DNA from: Legionella sp. | GTDB lineage: Bacteria > Pseudomonadota > Gammaproteobacteria > Legionellales > Legionellaceae | Direction: 5' to 3' | DNA: 64,000 nt | NCBI RefSeq assembly: GCF_047605385.1 | Contig: NZ_JASGFU010000002.1 | Span: 19,419-83,418 of the forward strand | Shown here: in pieces, positions 1 to 9,519 of the stretch | How the letters are laid out: every line of letters starts with the position of its first letter | Position numbering within the stretch: position 1 is the first letter of the stretch | The notes under the pieces: generated by a model | Told to the model about the DNA's origin: nothing | What the model saw: the letters and a program-made list of their open reading frames with translations, nothing else | Databases searched by the model: none | Translations under genes and position numbers: made by a program

Positions 1-1
1 G

Positions 2-898
2 TTACCTCCTTTGATTAATTTCTATTTGGTTCCTTATATAGCATTTATAATCAACGGTATTGCTACATATACAGCAGGGCTGCCCTTGCTTTGTATGCTC
101 CAGCTCTACGCAGGATCCGTGATTATTAATAATTCGGTAGATAATAAGTACAACTGGCTTTTCAATCTTGTGTTACTTATTACAGCACTTACCGCACCGA
201 CTGCTTTCGTGACGGAGATGTTTATACTTGAATTGGTGTATCTGGGTTGTTATTTATTTGCTGCTTTGATCGCAGCTTCGAGCGCTGTCTTCGGTACATC
301 CTGGTCACTTGCTGAAATTAATACATTGGCTTCGACTGCATTATGTCATTGGTTGTTCCCGAGTACCTTTTTCTTTCTATCTTCTGTAAGCGCAGTGATT
401 CATTTTGGTTTGCAATTAATTGTGGAATGGCCAAAACATTTTTTTGCACTGATTGTACCTTGGATTACTCGCAGCATAGCTAGCTGTTCTAATACGGATA
501 GCCCGGCTATTGGCGAGGACTTATTAAAAATCAAAGTGGAAAATAGTATTTCACGTTTGTTAGAAAGTGATTCGATGAGTGCTAATCTAAAAGGTATGGT
601 GCTAGAGTCCTTATGGCAAAAAATTCAATTGGATGTTGAACAGTCGAAAGCAACGCTAACTTTCGAAAAAGCACTCAATCGCAAATACACGTTGTCTACT
701 GATGGCAAGACCTGTGAAAAGAGTTTTATGGAGGTTGCACAAATGCACCGATCGGATAAAGAAAGATTTAACCTCAATACGACTCAAACACGTCATTCCT
801 TCTTTCGTATTAAATCAAAAACCTCAACGGCAAGTAATTTGCAGGAATACGCTGATAAGACGATGGATGCTGATGAAACACCGGCGATGGTTTTGTAA
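2..898 (+). CDS. hypothetical membrane protein, 5' end probably outside the window (candidate secreted effector)
   Basis: The frame is open from the window edge and the first possible start is TTG at 11. The N-terminal ~160 aa form several hydrophobic helices. The C-terminal ~130 aa are polar with a Ser/Thr/Glu-rich tail (..TSTASNLQEYADKTMDADETPAMVL). No family recognised. Confidence 0.45.
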   Translation, partial: LPPLINFYLVPYIAFIINGIATYTAGLPLLCMLQLYAGSVIINNSVDNKYNWLFNLVLLITALTAPTAFVTEMFILELVYLGCYLFAALIAASSAVFGTSWSLAEINTLASTALCHWLFPSTFFFLSSVSAVIHFGLQLIVEWPKHFFALIVPWITRSIASCSNTDSPAIGEDLLKIKVENSISRLLESDSMSANLKGMVLESLWQKIQLDVEQSKATLTFEKALNRKYTLSTDGKTCEKSFMEVAQMHRSDKERFNLNTTQTRHSFFRIKSKTSTASNLQEYADKTMDADETPAMVL

Positions 899-902
899 TA
901 GC

Positions 903-2297
903 TCAGTAATTTTTAATTAAATTAACTCCAATTTCACTCACAGTGGGTACTTTGCTGCGGCCATTTGCGCCGGTGTTAAATAACACTATTACTCCATATT
1001 GTTTTTTCGTGCTAATGCCAATAAAGCTACGAAAGTTGATGTGTCCACCAATTTTTCCGCAAATGCGGTCATTGTTAATTATTTCGCAGACCCAGGCATA
1101 GCCTTGCCCACCTTTGATAGGAAATTGATTCCCAATATTCCATTTTGCTGGTTGATTGATGGGCGAAGGAAGATATTTATTGGCTGCATGAGCTATTTGC
1201 ATCCCCTGAATTAGATCTATTTGTTTGGGGTTATTGTTGGTGCGAATGCCTAAATTAGCACGAATGTATTTAATCATGTCACTTGCATTACTGCGTAGGG
1301 CACCGGCACCCGCCCAAGGAATAAATGGGAAGGGAGCGCCTTGCTGATAGTGTTGGTTATTAAGGTGGTAGCCCATGGCATATTGAGCATTTTTCCAATT
1401 ATGGGTATTACAAGGCGTACCATTGACTGTTGTTTTAGTAGGGCAAGTCCCATTTTTAGCTTGCTTAGGTAAACAGGCATTAGTGCTGTTCATCTCTAAA
1501 GGATTAGTGATATTTGAGCAAATCCACCCATTAAAACTCCCTTCTAAAGCATCTGGGAAGCCTTCATAATTCATGAGTGCTTGTGCTAATAAGCCGAGGC
1601 TACTGTTTGAATAATGATTTTGCGTTGGTAAAAGTGTGGTTTGATAGATTGATCTTGGGTTAGCGCCAAGTCGTTGTTCACCAAGACAATATGGAAATGA
1701 CGGATCCAAGCGATTTATTGCGCGTACATAATTTTTTTGATTTAAAATCGGATTGCCGCTGTGTATGTTGACATCAGGTGGATTAGAAAAACATACCCCA
1801 CCAGAAAAGGTTACCAATTGTTCTAAGGTTACCGGAGCCTCATTAGCGGTTAACGAAAAATTGGAAGGCAGTAATGTACTTGCTAAATTGGATGGTTTTA
1901 ATAATCGTTTATGTACTAGAGTGCCTAACACTGCGCCGGTAAAGGTTTTCGTGACTGAGGCTAATTCAAACATCGTATTTTCATTAGGTGCCTCGCCATT
2001 TAATCTTTGTAGCCCGCAACTGATGTAACAGGTTTGCTCACCATTGTTAATATGCCTATAAATACCTATGATACCTCCTAAAGTTTGCCCTGGGATAACG
2101 TTTTGATTTTGAGTATTAAACACATGAGGGGTAAAGTGTATTATTTTTTGGTATTGGTTTTGGCAAAAAGGTGTTTGGTAATTGGCTACTGGTAATAATG
2201 TACAGGCAGAGTCTGCATGAGATAGAGATAAGGGAAGTAAACCTAATAATGCGCAAAGAATCATTTTTTTTGCTTTTGAATCTGATTTTTGTTCCAT
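903..2297 (-). CDS. secreted serine hydrolase, class C beta-lactamase / penicillin-binding-protein-like family
   Basis: N-terminal signal peptide (KKMILCALLGLLPLSLSHA). SxxK motif in FELASVTKTF and YxN motif in HYSNSSLG. 464 aa. Confidence 0.7.
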   Translation of the reverse strand: MEQKSDSKAKKMILCALLGLLPLSLSHADSACTLLPVANYQTPFCQNQYQKIIHFTPHVFNTQNQNVIPGQTLGGIIGIYRHINNGEQTCYISCGLQRLNGEAPNENTMFELASVTKTFTGAVLGTLVHKRLLKPSNLASTLLPSNFSLTANEAPVTLEQLVTFSGGVCFSNPPDVNIHSGNPILNQKNYVRAINRLDPSFPYCLGEQRLGANPRSIYQTTLLPTQNHYSNSSLGLLAQALMNYEGFPDALEGSFNGWICSNITNPLEMNSTNACLPKQAKNGTCPTKTTVNGTPCNTHNWKNAQYAMGYHLNNQHYQQGAPFPFIPWAGAGALRSNASDMIKYIRANLGIRTNNNPKQIDLIQGMQIAHAANKYLPSPINQPAKWNIGNQFPIKGGQGYAWVCEIINNDRICGKIGGHINFRSFIGISTKKQYGVIVLFNTGANGRSKVPTVSEIGVNLIKNY

Positions 2298-2343
2298 TGG
2301 GCCCCCTTATTATTGTCATGCTGTAAACAGTATAGCAAAAGAA

Positions 2344-2793
2344 TTAACTGCTTGTTTTTTTAGCAACATAAAGTATTTTTTTAACCTCTGCTATGAGTTT
2401 TCCTTGATCATCGGTAATCGGTACTATAAATTCGGGTTCAACTTTATCTTCTTGTTCTATTTGTTGGCGAATTCGAGTAATTTGTTCTGCTGATAAAGTA
2501 AATGTGGCATAAATAGTACCTTTAGCTGGTTTTTTGTAGTGGATGGAAGCAGATTTATCCCAAATAATATACTCTTTACCTAAGAGATTCATAAGCATGA
2601 GCATATAAAAGGGGTCGGTCATTGAATAAATCGAGCCCCCATATTGAGTTCCCACGTAGTTTTGATTCCAAAAATGCAACTTCATTTGCACTACAAGATG
2701 AGTATAATCAGGGCTAAAACTCTTTACGCTAATGCCGGCACCTAAAAATGGAGGCCAAATTCGCATTAATTTTAATAAATTTGAAAATTTCAT
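2344..2793 (-). CDS. DUF4442 / PaaI-like hotdog-fold (thioesterase-like) protein
   Basis: 149 aa. Overall resemblance (..WNQNYVGTQYGGSIYSMTDPFYMLML..IWDKSASIHYKKPAKG..) to the YiiD C-terminal/DUF4442 family, from memory. Confidence 0.5.
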   Translation of the reverse strand: MKFSNLLKLMRIWPPFLGAGISVKSFSPDYTHLVVQMKLHFWNQNYVGTQYGGSIYSMTDPFYMLMLMNLLGKEYIIWDKSASIHYKKPAKGTIYATFTLSAEQITRIRQQIEQEDKVEPEFIVPITDDQGKLIAEVKKILYVAKKTSS

Positions 2794-3079
2794 AAAATTT
2801 TCCTAGTTAAAATAGAAGTTTAGTTTCATTTCTCTGAAGCTGCTAAAGTCAGTTAATTTTTGTGCGGTGTAGTGATATTGGAAGCTAAAAAAATTAGGTT
2901 TTTTACCTTCGTATTTTTTTGTGGATCCTTCAATAAATAATGGCATGAAATGAAGATCTTTTAAAACACATGAGTTCTTATTTTGAACATTAAGTGAATA
3001 TGTACTAGAGTTAGTTTCACTAATAAAATTTTTTTATTAGTTTAGGGTGTGCCCTAATATTTGACTAAGGAGAGTTCAA

Positions 3080-3283
3080 ATGAATGAGAATATTTTTGAA
3101 GGAAAATGGGAAGAAATGAAAGGGAAGATAAAACAATTTTGGGGTAAATTAACTGATGATGACCTCAAAAAAATTAAAGGTAACCAACAAGAGTTATATG
3201 GAGTATTGCAAAAACATTATGGTTACACTGAAGAACAAATAAAAAAAGCAATTAAAGATTTTCAGAATAAAATGCATCACTAA
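3080..3283 (+). CDS. CsbD-family general stress protein
   Basis: 67 aa. Typical CsbD pattern GKWEEMKGKIKQFWGKLTDDDL..GNQQELYGVLQKHYGYTEEQ. AGGAG-type RBS upstream. Confidence 0.8.
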   Translation: MNENIFEGKWEEMKGKIKQFWGKLTDDDLKKIKGNQQELYGVLQKHYGYTEEQIKKAIKDFQNKMHH

Positions 3284-3294
3284 TAGTGAGACGG

Positions 3295-3323
3295 CCTATT
3301 TTCCCAGGGAAGATAGGTCTTTT
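3295..3323 (+). terminator. rho-independent terminator after csbD-like gene
   Basis: CCTATTTTCCC/GGGAAGATAGG stem (one G-U pair) followed by TCTTTT. Confidence 0.6.
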
Positions 3324-3595
3324 ATATGTTTAAAAATAGCAACACAACAAAAATCTTAACTATGTTATTACTAAGAGATCATATTTTACTTACATTAAAC
3401 CTAATTTAAGGTCTAAACTTTATATTTAGATGACAAAAAATTATAGGAAATAATTTGTTTGCTCCATCTAACGCATTTATTTGGTTTATTAAATTAAATC
3501 AGAATATTTTAGAGCATATTTGAAGAATTGAACTTTTTTACCTAAGCTAAAATGACTTTTTTATTAATTTCATCATGATAATCAAAGGAATGAGA

Positions 3596-6235
3596 ATGAA
3601 AATTTTAAAAACTCAAGTTTTACGAGGTCCAAATTATTGGTCAAACTATAGAAAACATTTGATTGTGATGAAACTTGACCTTGGAATTTATGAAGAATTG
3701 CCAACTAATTTACTCGGTAATTTCAATCAACGCCTCTTGGGATATCTTCCTAGCTTATACAGTCATCGTTGTTCTGAGGGTGTTGAAGGTGGACTTAAAA
3801 TCAGACTTGAGGAAGGCACGTGGTTAGGGCATGTAATCGAACATGTTGCCTTGGAATTACAATGTTTAGCAGGAATAGATTGTGGTTTTGGTAGGACTTA
3901 TGGCACAAAAGAATATGGAATTTATTATGTCATATTTGCTTACAAAACTGCAAATGCTGGACTATATGCTGGAGAAGCTGCAGTAAAATTTATTACTGCC
4001 TTGGCAGAGGGTAACGATTATCCTATTCAAGAGAAGATTGCACACTTAAAAGAAATTTATAAAAAAGAAAGTCTAGGACCAAGCACTCAAGCAATTGTTG
4101 ATGAGGCGATTCGCCGTAAAATACCGTATACCTGCTTACATGACAGTTCCTTAATCACTTTAGGGCATGGTTGTAACCAAAAGAAAATTTGGGCTGCTGT
4201 TACTTCTAAGACCAGCTCTATTGCTGTGGATATTGCTTCGGATAAGGAATTAACAAAACAAATTTTAAGTACACATTGCCTCCCTACTCCTAAAGGGCTT
4301 ACAGTGAAAACTAAAGAAGAATTAACCAAAGCCATTGAAGAGTTGGGCTTTCCTTTAGTTATTAAGCCCTTAAATGGTAACCATGGTAAAGGTGTGACCA
4401 CCAACATTACCACTAGCCAAAAAGCACTTTTTGGATTTGAGCAAGCACAAAAAATCTCCGCTAACATGATTATTGAACGCTATATCACTGGCAATGATTA
4501 TCGATTTTTAGTGATTAATTATAAAGTAGTTGCCGTAGCAAAACGTACACCAGCAATGATTGTTGGTGACGGTATTTCTTCAATTGAAGAATTAATTCAA
4601 CAAGCCAACCAAGATCCAAATCGTGGTGAAGCACATGAAAAGATATTAACAACAATCAAAATTGATGATTCAACCTTTTCAATTTTACGTCAAAATAATT
4701 TGAATTTAGCGAGCGTGCTTTCTTTAGGTCAGGTTTTGTATTTAAAAGAAGCAGCTAATTTAAGCTCAGGCGGCACGGCTACTGATGTTACTGATGAAGT
4801 GCATCCATTGAACTTATTCTTAGCAGAACGTGCTGCACGTTTAATTGGATTAGATATTTGTGGTATTGATGTAGTTGCTAAAGATATTCGTCAGCCTTTA
4901 GGAGAGCATCACGGAGCAATTATCGAAGTCAATGCGGGGCCTGGTTTAAGAATGCATTTAGCTCCTAATGAAGGCCAACCAAGAAATGTTGCAGAACCGT
5001 TGATGAATATGCTTTATCCTAGCGCTGCTGCAGCAAGAATACCTCTTATTGCAGTGACTGGTACCAACGGTAAAACAACCGTTGTCCGGTTAATTTCCTA
5101 TATAGCGCGACATGTCGGTTATACTACGGGAGCAACTACTACGGAAGGGATATATATCAATAATAAAATGATTATTGAAGGGGACTGTAGTGGTCCTGCA
5201 AGTGCAGAGATGGTTTTGCAATCACCAGAAGTTGATTTTGCTGTATTAGAATGCGCACGTGGCGGTATTTTACGTTCAGGATTAGGCTTTGATGAATGTA
5301 ATATAAGTGTGATTACCAACATTTCTGAAGATCATTTAGGCCTTGAAGACATTCATACTATTGAAGATTTAGCGGATGTAAAATCAGTAGTAGCGAGGAG
5401 CACGAACAAATCAGGTTATAGTATTTTAAATGCTGATGACAATTTAACCTACAGTATTAAAAAAGATTTGGAGTGTAATATTGCATTATTTAGTATGTTT
5501 GAAAGCCCACGGATTAGAAAACACTGTGATGGTGGTGGGTTAGCTGCTTATATTGCTGATGGACAAGTGATGATTCGTCGTGGTGATGAGCGTTATTGTC
5601 TGTGCCGTGTGAACGATGTACCCATTAGTTTTCAAGGAGCAGCAACGTGTATGATCCTCAATATGTTGTCAGCGGTATTGGCGGCAGTGATCAGCAATTT
5701 TTCCTATGACAAGATTAAAGAAGCCTTGCACCAATTTCAGCCTACTCCTGAAAATCTTCCAGGACGGATGAACCTTTTTCGTTTTCCGCAATGTGATGTA
5801 ATGATTGATTATGCTCATAATGAAGGGGCTCTTTGTGAGATAAAAAATTATCTGGAAACCATTGAATGCGAGACCAAAATTGGCATTATTGGGGTTCCAG
5901 GAGATAGACGCGATGAAGATATTGAAAAATTAGGATACCATTCAGCATCAATGTTTGATGAAATTATTATTCGTCATGATAAAGATGGCAGAGGGCGTAA
6001 CAATACTAATATCACTCAGCATTTATGTGCTGGAATTGCACGCTCTGGATTTAAACCGGCAGTAAAAATCATCTCAGATGAAATCAATGCAATTGAGTGT
6101 GTATTGGAGCGTTCTCATTCAGATACTTTTGTATTTTGTGCTGTTGAAGATGTGTTTGGAGTAACAAGCTTACTTAAAAAGAAAGAAAAACAATACAACA
6201 AAATAAACGAGGTTTACAATGACGCCCAAGGCTAA
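3596..6235 (+). CDS. cphA: cyanophycin synthetase
   Basis: MKILKTQVLRGPNYWS N-terminus. ATP-grasp segment (..VIKPLNGNHGKGV..) followed by a Mur-ligase-like domain with P-loop AVTGTNGKTT. About 880 aa. The ORF is open from ATG 3575, but ATG 3596 has AAAGGA 6 nt upstream. Confidence 0.9.
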   Translation: MKILKTQVLRGPNYWSNYRKHLIVMKLDLGIYEELPTNLLGNFNQRLLGYLPSLYSHRCSEGVEGGLKIRLEEGTWLGHVIEHVALELQCLAGIDCGFGRTYGTKEYGIYYVIFAYKTANAGLYAGEAAVKFITALAEGNDYPIQEKIAHLKEIYKKESLGPSTQAIVDEAIRRKIPYTCLHDSSLITLGHGCNQKKIWAAVTSKTSSIAVDIASDKELTKQILSTHCLPTPKGLTVKTKEELTKAIEELGFPLVIKPLNGNHGKGVTTNITTSQKALFGFEQAQKISANMIIERYITGNDYRFLVINYKVVAVAKRTPAMIVGDGISSIEELIQQANQDPNRGEAHEKILTTIKIDDSTFSILRQNNLNLASVLSLGQVLYLKEAANLSSGGTATDVTDEVHPLNLFLAERAARLIGLDICGIDVVAKDIRQPLGEHHGAIIEVNAGPGLRMHLAPNEGQPRNVAEPLMNMLYPSAAAARIPLIAVTGTNGKTTVVRLISYIARHVGYTTGATTTEGIYINNKMIIEGDCSGPASAEMVLQSPEVDFAVLECARGGILRSGLGFDECNISVITNISEDHLGLEDIHTIEDLADVKSVVARSTNKSGYSILNADDNLTYSIKKDLECNIALFSMFESPRIRKHCDGGGLAAYIADGQVMIRRGDERYCLCRVNDVPISFQGAATCMILNMLSAVLAAVISNFSYDKIKEALHQFQPTPENLPGRMNLFRFPQCDVMIDYAHNEGALCEIKNYLETIECETKIGIIGVPGDRRDEDIEKLGYHSASMFDEIIIRHDKDGRGRNNTNITQHLCAGIARSGFKPAVKIISDEINAIECVLERSHSDTFVFCAVEDVFGVTSLLKKKEKQYNKINEVYNDAQG

Positions 6236-7085
6236 ATTACTCATTATTGGTGGTGCTGAAGATAAAGGAGGCGATTTACCTGAATGTGTGGAGCAAGATG
6301 AAGAGTTTACACGCTATGAGATTTTACGGGAGTTATTGCCACCCTCGAATAAAAAAATAGAAATTATTACTACAGGCTCAGAAATTCAAAGCGAAATCAA
6401 AAAAGAATATCAAAAAGTATTTAATAATATGGGGTACAATAATATTGGGTTTTTACCTATTAAAAAAAGAACGGAAGCGAGACTTCCTGAGTATATAAGT
6501 CGGGCAGAAAATGCGGGAGCCATTTTTTTCACTGGCGGCGATCAATTTCGTTTATCCACTATTCTTGGTGGGACACCCATTGTTGAGATTATCAAAGAAC
6601 GTTACATGAAAGACAGTGAGTTTATTGTTGCTGGGACCAGTGCTGGGGCTATGGTGATGTCTTCGGTTATGATCATGGGAGGAGGCCTTTCAGAGGCATT
6701 AAGGTACCGTAATTTGTTAACTTGTTCTGGTTTAGGTATTTTACAATCGTGCATTATCGATACTCATTTTATTAAACGCGGACGTTTTAGCCGTCTGGCG
6801 CATGCGATCATTATGAACCCCGAACAATTAGGTATTGGTCTAGGGGAAGATACTGCACTAGTTATTCGTAATGGGACAGACGCAGAATGTCATGGTTCAG
6901 GGATGGTAGTTATTATTGATGGACGCTATATCGATCAAACAAATATTACTGAGGTTGAAGAGGAGGAAGCGGTTTTTGTGGAAAATTTACGTGTTCACCT
7001 TTTGGTTAAGGGTTGCCAATTTTCAATTTCAAAACGTGTTTTAGCTAATCCCGCTATTCCTCCAAAAGCAAAAGATCATTTTTAA
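6219..7085 (+). CDS. cphB: cyanophycinase (peptidase S51)
   Basis: KLLIIGGAEDKGG N-terminus and nucleophile motif GTSAGAMVM. No signal peptide. The start overlaps the cphA stop by 17 nt. Confidence 0.85.
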   Translation: MTPKAKLLIIGGAEDKGGDLPECVEQDEEFTRYEILRELLPPSNKKIEIITTGSEIQSEIKKEYQKVFNNMGYNNIGFLPIKKRTEARLPEYISRAENAGAIFFTGGDQFRLSTILGGTPIVEIIKERYMKDSEFIVAGTSAGAMVMSSVMIMGGGLSEALRYRNLLTCSGLGILQSCIIDTHFIKRGRFSRLAHAIIMNPEQLGIGLGEDTALVIRNGTDAECHGSGMVVIIDGRYIDQTNITEVEEEEAVFVENLRVHLLVKGCQFSISKRVLANPAIPPKAKDHF

Positions 7086-7091
7086 TGGATA

Positions 7092-8009
7092 ATGAGCATG
7101 AATAAAATAGCAATTGCAGTACATGGTGGTGCAAGTGATAACAGTCCTTTTTTACAAGCGCATCAAGAAGAATGCAAACACGGCTTAGCGGCAGCAGTTG
7201 CGAAAGGATACACCGTTTTAGAAAAAAAAGGCAGCGCTTTAGAGGCAGTGCAAGAAGCGGTGTTAAGCCTTGAGGATAATCCTCTATTTAATGCTGGAAA
7301 AGGCTCGGCATTGAATAATCGTGGTGAGGTTGAAATGGATGCATCCATTATGGATGGGGAAACCTTACAGGCTGGTGCTGTGTCTATGATACGCTCGGTT
7401 AAAAATCCTATTTTGTTAGCACGTGTGATTATGGAAAAAACCAAACATGTTTTTCTTTCTGGTTATGGGGCTTTAGAATTAGCAAAAAAGTATGGTTTGG
7501 CATTGGAGCCCGAATCTTATTTTATCATGCCTAATCAATTGGAAGAGTATAAGCGCTTGAATCAAATTGAGACTTTGGAAGATATTCAACATAAACGTAT
7601 GAAAGGTACGGTAGGAGCAGTTGCTTTGGATTATGCGGGAAATTTGGCCGCAGCTACTTCAACTGGAGGGCTTAGTAATTGTCTGCCTGGGCGTATTGGT
7701 GATAGCTGTGTGATTGGTGCAGGGTGTTATGCAAACAATAATAGCTGTGCTGTCTCAGGAACAGGCGAAGGGGAGTTTCTTATTCGAGAGGTTGTTGGGC
7801 ATACAATTGCGATGATGGTTGAAGCAAAAATGAATGTGCAAGATGCCTGTGATTATGTGATTCATAAACGTAATCTTTTACAAGGGGAAATGGGGGTGGT
7901 TTCTCTGAATAAACACGGTGATTTTGGGATTTCATTTAATACAGAACTTATGAAAAGAGCATGGAAAAGCTCAACTCAGGAGATGCAGGTAAAAATCTAT
8001 GAGGAGTGA
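7092..8009 (+). CDS. iaaA: isoaspartyl dipeptidase / plant-type L-asparaginase (Ntn hydrolase)
   Basis: AIAVHGGA N-terminus, autoprocessing site ..MKGTVGAVALD.., GAGCYAN. 305 aa, starting 6 nt after cphB. Confidence 0.85.
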   Translation: MSMNKIAIAVHGGASDNSPFLQAHQEECKHGLAAAVAKGYTVLEKKGSALEAVQEAVLSLEDNPLFNAGKGSALNNRGEVEMDASIMDGETLQAGAVSMIRSVKNPILLARVIMEKTKHVFLSGYGALELAKKYGLALEPESYFIMPNQLEEYKRLNQIETLEDIQHKRMKGTVGAVALDYAGNLAAATSTGGLSNCLPGRIGDSCVIGAGCYANNNSCAVSGTGEGEFLIREVVGHTIAMMVEAKMNVQDACDYVIHKRNLLQGEMGVVSLNKHGDFGISFNTELMKRAWKSSTQEMQVKIYEE

Positions 8010-8255
8010 GGTATGAAAACCTCGTAGTAACATATAAAAATGAGTAAGCGATTTTGGTATATAGTTCTGAATTCTTCTGAAATTATTAGAAGAGTGTAAA
8101 CGCTTTTTAGTGTGATCCCTCTTTAAAATGGTTAGTCTTTTGTTGCTCGCGTGCATAGGGTACTTATATTTTGCCCATAAGATATTCTAATTGTTCCTTA
8201 TATTTGGGAACAGCAAATTGCTAATCGCTTAAATAAGAGGGAGATTTCTTCTTTA

Positions 8256-9392
8256 ATGGCGACTTGCAATTTTTTTTATCATAATGAAAATATTCAAAAA
8301 CACAGAGGTGAAATCCCCAAATATAAAATAGACTCAGGAACATTCCATACTGTAATCCTCACTGATAAAAATGAGCTTCTAGTATGTGGCATTAATTGGA
8401 CCGGTGCGCTTGGAATTAGAGAAGAAAAAGATCATTCTTCTATCAAGCCTCAATTAAAATGCATCAACGTCTCGATATCACATATTTTGCATAAAAGCGA
8501 ATATATTAAAAGAATTGCTGCAGGTAACAAGCATACAATAGTGCTGACTTCTAAGAACAGAATTCTCACTTGTGGCGAAAATGAAATGGGTCAACTGGGA
8601 ATTGCTACTCAATCTAAATCAAAATTTAGAAAAGATTGTTTCTTTAAATTTACCGATGTTTTTTTACCTTTACACGAAAGGGAAGAAATTGAGCAAATTG
8701 GTGCGGGTGATTCTCATACTGTACTCCTTACTTCTAAAAATAGAGTTCTAATGAGTGGAGTCAACAACTATAACCGATTTGGGTTTGACCTAAAGGCCTC
8801 CCAAAATAAATTCATTGAGTCCCCATTACCGATTTTATATGAAGAAGAGAAGATTTTACAACTTTTTGTTGGCAAGTGTAGCACGATGTTAGTCACCTCT
8901 AATAATAGACTTTTGGTTAATGGAATGAATAATCATGGCCAGCTTGGGCTAGGGCACACCAACTTTCAATTAGAATTCACCGAATCCTCATTATCGGTTT
9001 TATTCGAAAAAGAAAAAATTCAACAAATTGCTGCGGCAAGAGACCAAACTGTGTTACTTACCTCCAAAAATAGAGTTTTAGTAAGTGGATATAATAATGA
9101 TGGACGACTGGGGCTTGGAAATACTAATGATCAAACCAAGTTTAGCGAGGTTTTATTATCAGATATTTTATCTGTAGGAGAAAAGGTTGAGCAAATTGCC
9201 ACAGGAGAGGATTACATCATATTACTTACTAAAAAAAGAGTTTTAATGTGTGGACGTAACGAATTTGGCCAACTTGGTTTGGGATATAAGAAGAAGCAAG
9301 TTACTTTTACGCCAAGTTCTTTGAAAACTTCATACCATGAGCCTATTAAGCAAGAGCAATTAAGTACCATAACCACGTGCTTGCTAATGTAA
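8256..9392 (+). CDS. RCC1-repeat (beta-propeller) protein with C-terminal CaaX box, eukaryotic-like candidate effector
   Basis: Six clear blades with G.N..GQLG-type motifs (CGENEMGQLGI, NGMNNHGQLGL, SGYNNDGRLGL, CGRNEFGQLGL ..), alternating with AG..HTV.LTSKNR.L strands. The last four residues are C-L-L-M. Confidence 0.85.
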   Translation: MATCNFFYHNENIQKHRGEIPKYKIDSGTFHTVILTDKNELLVCGINWTGALGIREEKDHSSIKPQLKCINVSISHILHKSEYIKRIAAGNKHTIVLTSKNRILTCGENEMGQLGIATQSKSKFRKDCFFKFTDVFLPLHEREEIEQIGAGDSHTVLLTSKNRVLMSGVNNYNRFGFDLKASQNKFIESPLPILYEEEKILQLFVGKCSTMLVTSNNRLLVNGMNNHGQLGLGHTNFQLEFTESSLSVLFEKEKIQQIAAARDQTVLLTSKNRVLVSGYNNDGRLGLGNTNDQTKFSEVLLSDILSVGEKVEQIATGEDYIILLTKKRVLMCGRNEFGQLGLGYKKKQVTFTPSSLKTSYHEPIKQEQLSTITTCLLM

Positions 9393-9438
9393 ATTATTTG
9401 TTGGTGCAGGAAGCTAAATATGATTAGACTACTATTTA

Positions 9439-9467
9439 GAACCGCTATTAACTTGGCGGTTCTATTT
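9439..9467 (+). terminator. rho-independent terminator after RCC1 gene
   Basis: GAACCGC / GCGGTTC stem with a 10-nt loop, followed by TATTTG. Confidence 0.5.
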
Positions 9468-9519
9468 GAAATCATGAGATGGTTTCGAAATTGAGTTGGG
9501 GTTCAATCTGAGCAGAAGG

